From Octopus vulgaris (lineage: Eukaryota): a DNA stretch of 64,000 nucleotides. The notes under the pieces are model-generated. The model did not search any database. It saw only the letters and a list, made by a program, of their open reading frames with translations, and was not told the DNA's origin. Both the position numbers and the translations under genes were made by a program. The stretch's first letter is position 1. Each line of letters starts with the position of its first letter. Shown one piece after another: positions 60,247 through 64,000 of this stretch. The DNA is taken from positions 34,286,001-34,350,000 of the forward strand of contig OX597838.1 in assembly GCA_951406725.2 (NCBI GenBank), written 5' to 3'.

Positions 60247-60821
60247 TAATAATAATAAACTGACAAAAAAAAAAAGAAGAACCTTGAAATTGAAATATTG
60301 AAGACATGGGGTATAATGAAAATGGTACCAGTAATAATTTGAGCATTAGGTATGATTAAATAAATATGAAAAGAAGCATAGAACCGAAACCAGGGCTCAC
60401 AACACTACACACTGCCCAAAAAGTGACTCCTCTATAAAGAGCATAAATTTTATGTCAAGTCAGATTATCATTAATGTCTGCTTTTTCTAAAATATATTTC
60501 ATAATTAAATTGTAGTAGAAACTAGGAAAATTAAGCTGTTTTGGTTTAAAGTTTTACACAACAGACCACATCTAAAATGTGGACATTTATTTCACACTCA
60601 GTAACAGCAATGCAGCAATTACAGACAACAGATAAGTGCAAACATTCCACAGAAAATGTCATTGTTGCTGCAGAAGTTTAGTACAGAAGTTTTGACTGGT
60701 ATTTCTCAGCTGTCTGTGTGGTGTTTTGACCTGTTTGAAATAGCAGCCAAATTTCTTTCAAACCACACCCTATCATCTCAAAAAAATTAAAAACAAACAT
60801 TTGATAATGCAACCCTGAGAA

Positions 60822-61100
60822 AATAATAATAATAATGAAATTATTGTATACAGTGCTCAGGTGCACCACAACTTGTCAAAAAGTGCATATAAAGTACATG
60901 CAGTAATGTACAAATGTCTGGAAAGCGAACAATGTCTGAGTCAGATACATGCTTGCGTGTGTATGGAGGGGAGGAGAAAATCAGGTGTAGTGTTGGCGAA
61001 TCTCAGAAAGCATGGAAGTTTTGAAGGATGCAGTGCTCCGACAACTAACAACCGATGCTGGCAGTTTGTTCCATGCTTCAGCAACTCTCAGCGTGAAAAA
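60822..61100 (-). mobile_element. CR1-type LINE 3' end, same family as 24688-25186
   Basis: Near-identical to 24690-24968; (ATT)n tail. Confidence 0.88.
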
Positions 61101-61536
61101 ATATAATAAAACAAATATAAAATGGTCTAGAATACCTTTGATGATAAGGTAAGAGGATCGAGGTTGGTATGGGGCTAAAACAAGCAGGCTGCACGAGACA
61201 GCTCATCACTAGGTGAGCTGCATTACTAAAGAATGTCATTTTACTTGTGAAATTAAAAGTGACATTCAGAAAGTCCTGTAACTAAAACTACAAAATCTAG
61301 TGTTTCTTTCCAACACGGATTCTATGAAGACAACTAAAAATTTCCAAATGGATTTATTAAGGAGATTTGACCAGTGTAGGAACCAACAGAAATTAAGTTC
61401 TACTTTCACTTTCTATATCCAGTATAACAAGTATATTCTTTTAAAAATAGAAAAAATCCATAAAATTTATGATCAAAATATAAGCTCTCTCCAAGTGTAG
61501 AAAAAGGCTAAAAGCACATTGTAAACATACGACTAT

Positions 61537-61943
61537 ACTTTTACTTTTTTATTTGTTTCAGTCATTTGACTGCGGCCATGCTGGAGCACCGCCTTTAATC
61601 GAGCAAATCAACCCCGGGACTTATTCTTTGTAAGCCCAGTACTTATTCTATCGGTCTCTTTTGCCAAACCGCTAAGTGACGGGGACGTAAACACACCAGC
61701 ATCGGTTGTCAAGCAATGCTAGGGGGACAAACACAGACACACAAACACACACACATATACATATATATACATACATATATACGACAGGCTTCTTTCAGTT
61801 TCCGTCTACCAAATCCACTCACAAGGCATTGGTCGGCCCGGGGCTATAGCAGAAGACTCTTGCTCAAGATGCCACGCAGTGGGACTGAACCCGGAACCAT
61901 GTGGTTGGTTAGCAAGCTACTTACCACACAGCCACTCCTGCGC
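61537..61943 (-). mobile_element. SINE family A, full length, young
   Basis: Complete head and tail; inverted relative to the 58198 and 59063 copies. Confidence 0.9.
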
Positions 61944-62347
61944 ATTTAACCCATTTGCATTCAAACCAGCCACATCCAGCTAAAATATTTTACCCGTTTT
62001 ATGTTCATAAACCAGCTAAATCCAGCTTCTCACACCAAGCCTATAATGTCATTCTAAAAAATATTGTCATGTCATCAAAATCTTGAAGCTACAGGATAAT
62101 GTATGATTAATTCAAAACAATGTGAATAAATAAGTATTCTTTTCTACTTCAGGCACAAGACCCGAAATTGGGGTGGGGGTTCCGATCAAATCGACTCCAG
62201 TACGCAACTGGTATTTAATTTATCAACCCTGAAAGGATGAAAGGCAAAGTCGACCTCAGCGGAAATGCAACTCAGAACGTAAAGACAGATGACATACTGC
62301 TAAGTATTTTGCCTAGCATGCTAACATTTCTGCCTGAACACCGCCTT

Positions 62348-62690
62348 CATCATCATCATCATCGTCATCATTTAGCGTCCACTTTCCATGCTAGCATGGG
62401 TTGGACGGTTCAACTGGGGTCTGTGAAGCCAGAAGGCTGCATCAGGCCCAGTCTGATCTGGCAGTGTTTCTACGGCTGGATGCCCTTCCTAACGCCAACC
62501 ACTCCGTGAGTGTAGTAGGTGCTTTTTATGTGCCACCGACACAGGTGCCAGACGAGGCTGGCAAACGGCCATGAACGGATGGAGCTTTTTACGTGCCGCC
62601 GGCACGGAGGCCAGGCGAGGCTGGTAATGGCCACGATTGGATGGTGCTTTTTACGTGCCACTGGCACGGGGGCCAGGCGAGGCTGGCAAC
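62348..62690 (-). mobile_element. Retroposon family B
   Basis: (CAT)n tail and three internal TTTTTA(C/T)GTGCC units. Confidence 0.85.
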
Positions 62691-64000
62691 ATAAATAAAT
62701 AAATATTACAGCTAACAGAATAATCCGAATACTAAAGGGTAAAGTGTTTAAAAGTTTATAAAAAACAAAATTAGTTTGCTTCCCAACTACAAGGTTCCGG
62801 GTTCAGTTTCCCCATGCAGAACCTTGAACAATTGTTTTCTACAACAGACTCCTGAGTGGATTTCGCAAGCAGAAACTGAAGAAAGCCAGTCATACATGTA
62901 TGTGTGAGTGTTCTTCTGTTTGTCCCCCACCACTGCCGAACGACTGGCATTGGTTTGTTTACATCCAACGTTACTTAGTGGTGTAGCAAGAGAGACCAAT
63001 AGAATAAGTACAAGGCTTATGACTGACTGACATTCTAAAAGTAGCAACCAAATTTCCTCATAGATCACACCCTACCATCATCAAAATGAAATGACATAAA
63101 ACACTAATCCTATATAAATTGTTAAAACAAAGATGGGAGTGTCATGGCTGGAACGTCTTTGGTACCAAATCTCTGTCAAACCACACTAAACACTGGTAGA
63201 TATGGAAGAAAAACAATGAATACTTCAAGTCCTAGACACTGGTTGAAAACTAAGACACGATGGCCACAAATGGAATACTTTTTGATCATAGTTTGCTAAA
63301 CCTGAGGGATGACATAATACTAAATAAAAATAACAGTCTGCATTTAAACCTAGATTAACTTTTCAGTGACTACATTCTGGTTGCAAGCTATTTTAGCCAA
63401 CAAGTTGAATTCACAAATGTTATTTTAGAATGCATGGAAGTAATTTGAAATGTAGGTCACACACGAAAACTAAGTGGGTGGAGAAAACATATTTTTGAAA
63501 TTTTTATTTATTTATTTATTTATTTTTTTTTTACTTTAAAACCAGCTGTGGTGGTGGTGGTGGTTCAGATGACAAGCCTGCGCTGATCTAGTAAACCTGT
63601 GGTTAAAAAAAGCATTCACACAATGTTCATTCAAGTGTGTCCAACTGCAGAATTGGGCTGATAAGTACTTTTTAAAACTGTAGAAGACATTTATGTGTGT
63701 GTGTGAGTCTGTGTGTGTGTGTGTTTGAGTGAGAGAGCAAGAGAGAGTGGGAAAGAGAGAGAGAGAGGGGGAGAGAGCGTGTCCATTTGTGTGTTCATGT
63801 TTAACCCCAAGTTACCCCTAATAAGACAGGCCTGTGTTCAAAAGCATTCTGGCGATGACCATTCCACCCATGAGTCTAATATGACTCAGGAAGGATCTTC
63901 ATCAGAAACCTTTTTATATATACATACAAACATGCATGCATTGAAACCCCAGTTTACAAACCTGATTCATTCTTGAAGACCATTCATCACCTGAAACTAT

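Noticed and set aside
44781-64000. N-terminal unk exon(s) encoding ZnF1-2 (YLKEFR...CFHWHF...DGTFNYS)
   Set aside because: Not found by eye on the minus strand; probably beyond the window, implying an intron over 19 kb. TBLASTN with Unkempt would confirm.

Overview
AT-rich, repeat-dense eukaryotic DNA. The SINE, LINE and MITE repertoire and the microsatellites point to an octopus or other coleoid cephalopod genome (inference). The only host gene is an unkempt (UNK/UNKL-type) CCCH zinc-finger RNA-binding protein on the minus strand. Nine internal GT-AG exons between 44780 and 6523 (1328 coding nt over about 38 kb) splice into one continuous frame. They encode the end of ZnF2 through ZnF6, a low-complexity linker, a PAM2-like motif and the VESVVGSALDDL helix. 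I found no first exon(s) or canonical coiled-coil/RING exons, so they probably lie outside the window. The rest is intron, filled with four SINE-like families, CR1/RTE/Penelope/RLE-type LINE fragments, deleted mariner and piggyBac elements, piggyBac/hAT/Merlin-like MITEs and Helitron-like elements. Most ORF-track entries are repeat artefacts. The most interesting observations: a tRNA-His fused to a LINE 3' tail; a covarying 3' stem-loop shared by a LINE and two SINE-like elements; a headless retroposon carrying a 63-bp higher-order array; a ~200-bp intronic segment copied 7.4 kb away between 18-bp direct repeats; a duplicated LPxPIGKxR motif in adjacent symmetric exons; long intronic fold-backs near exons; and a candidate alternative last exon. 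I found no convincing new multi-gene system.
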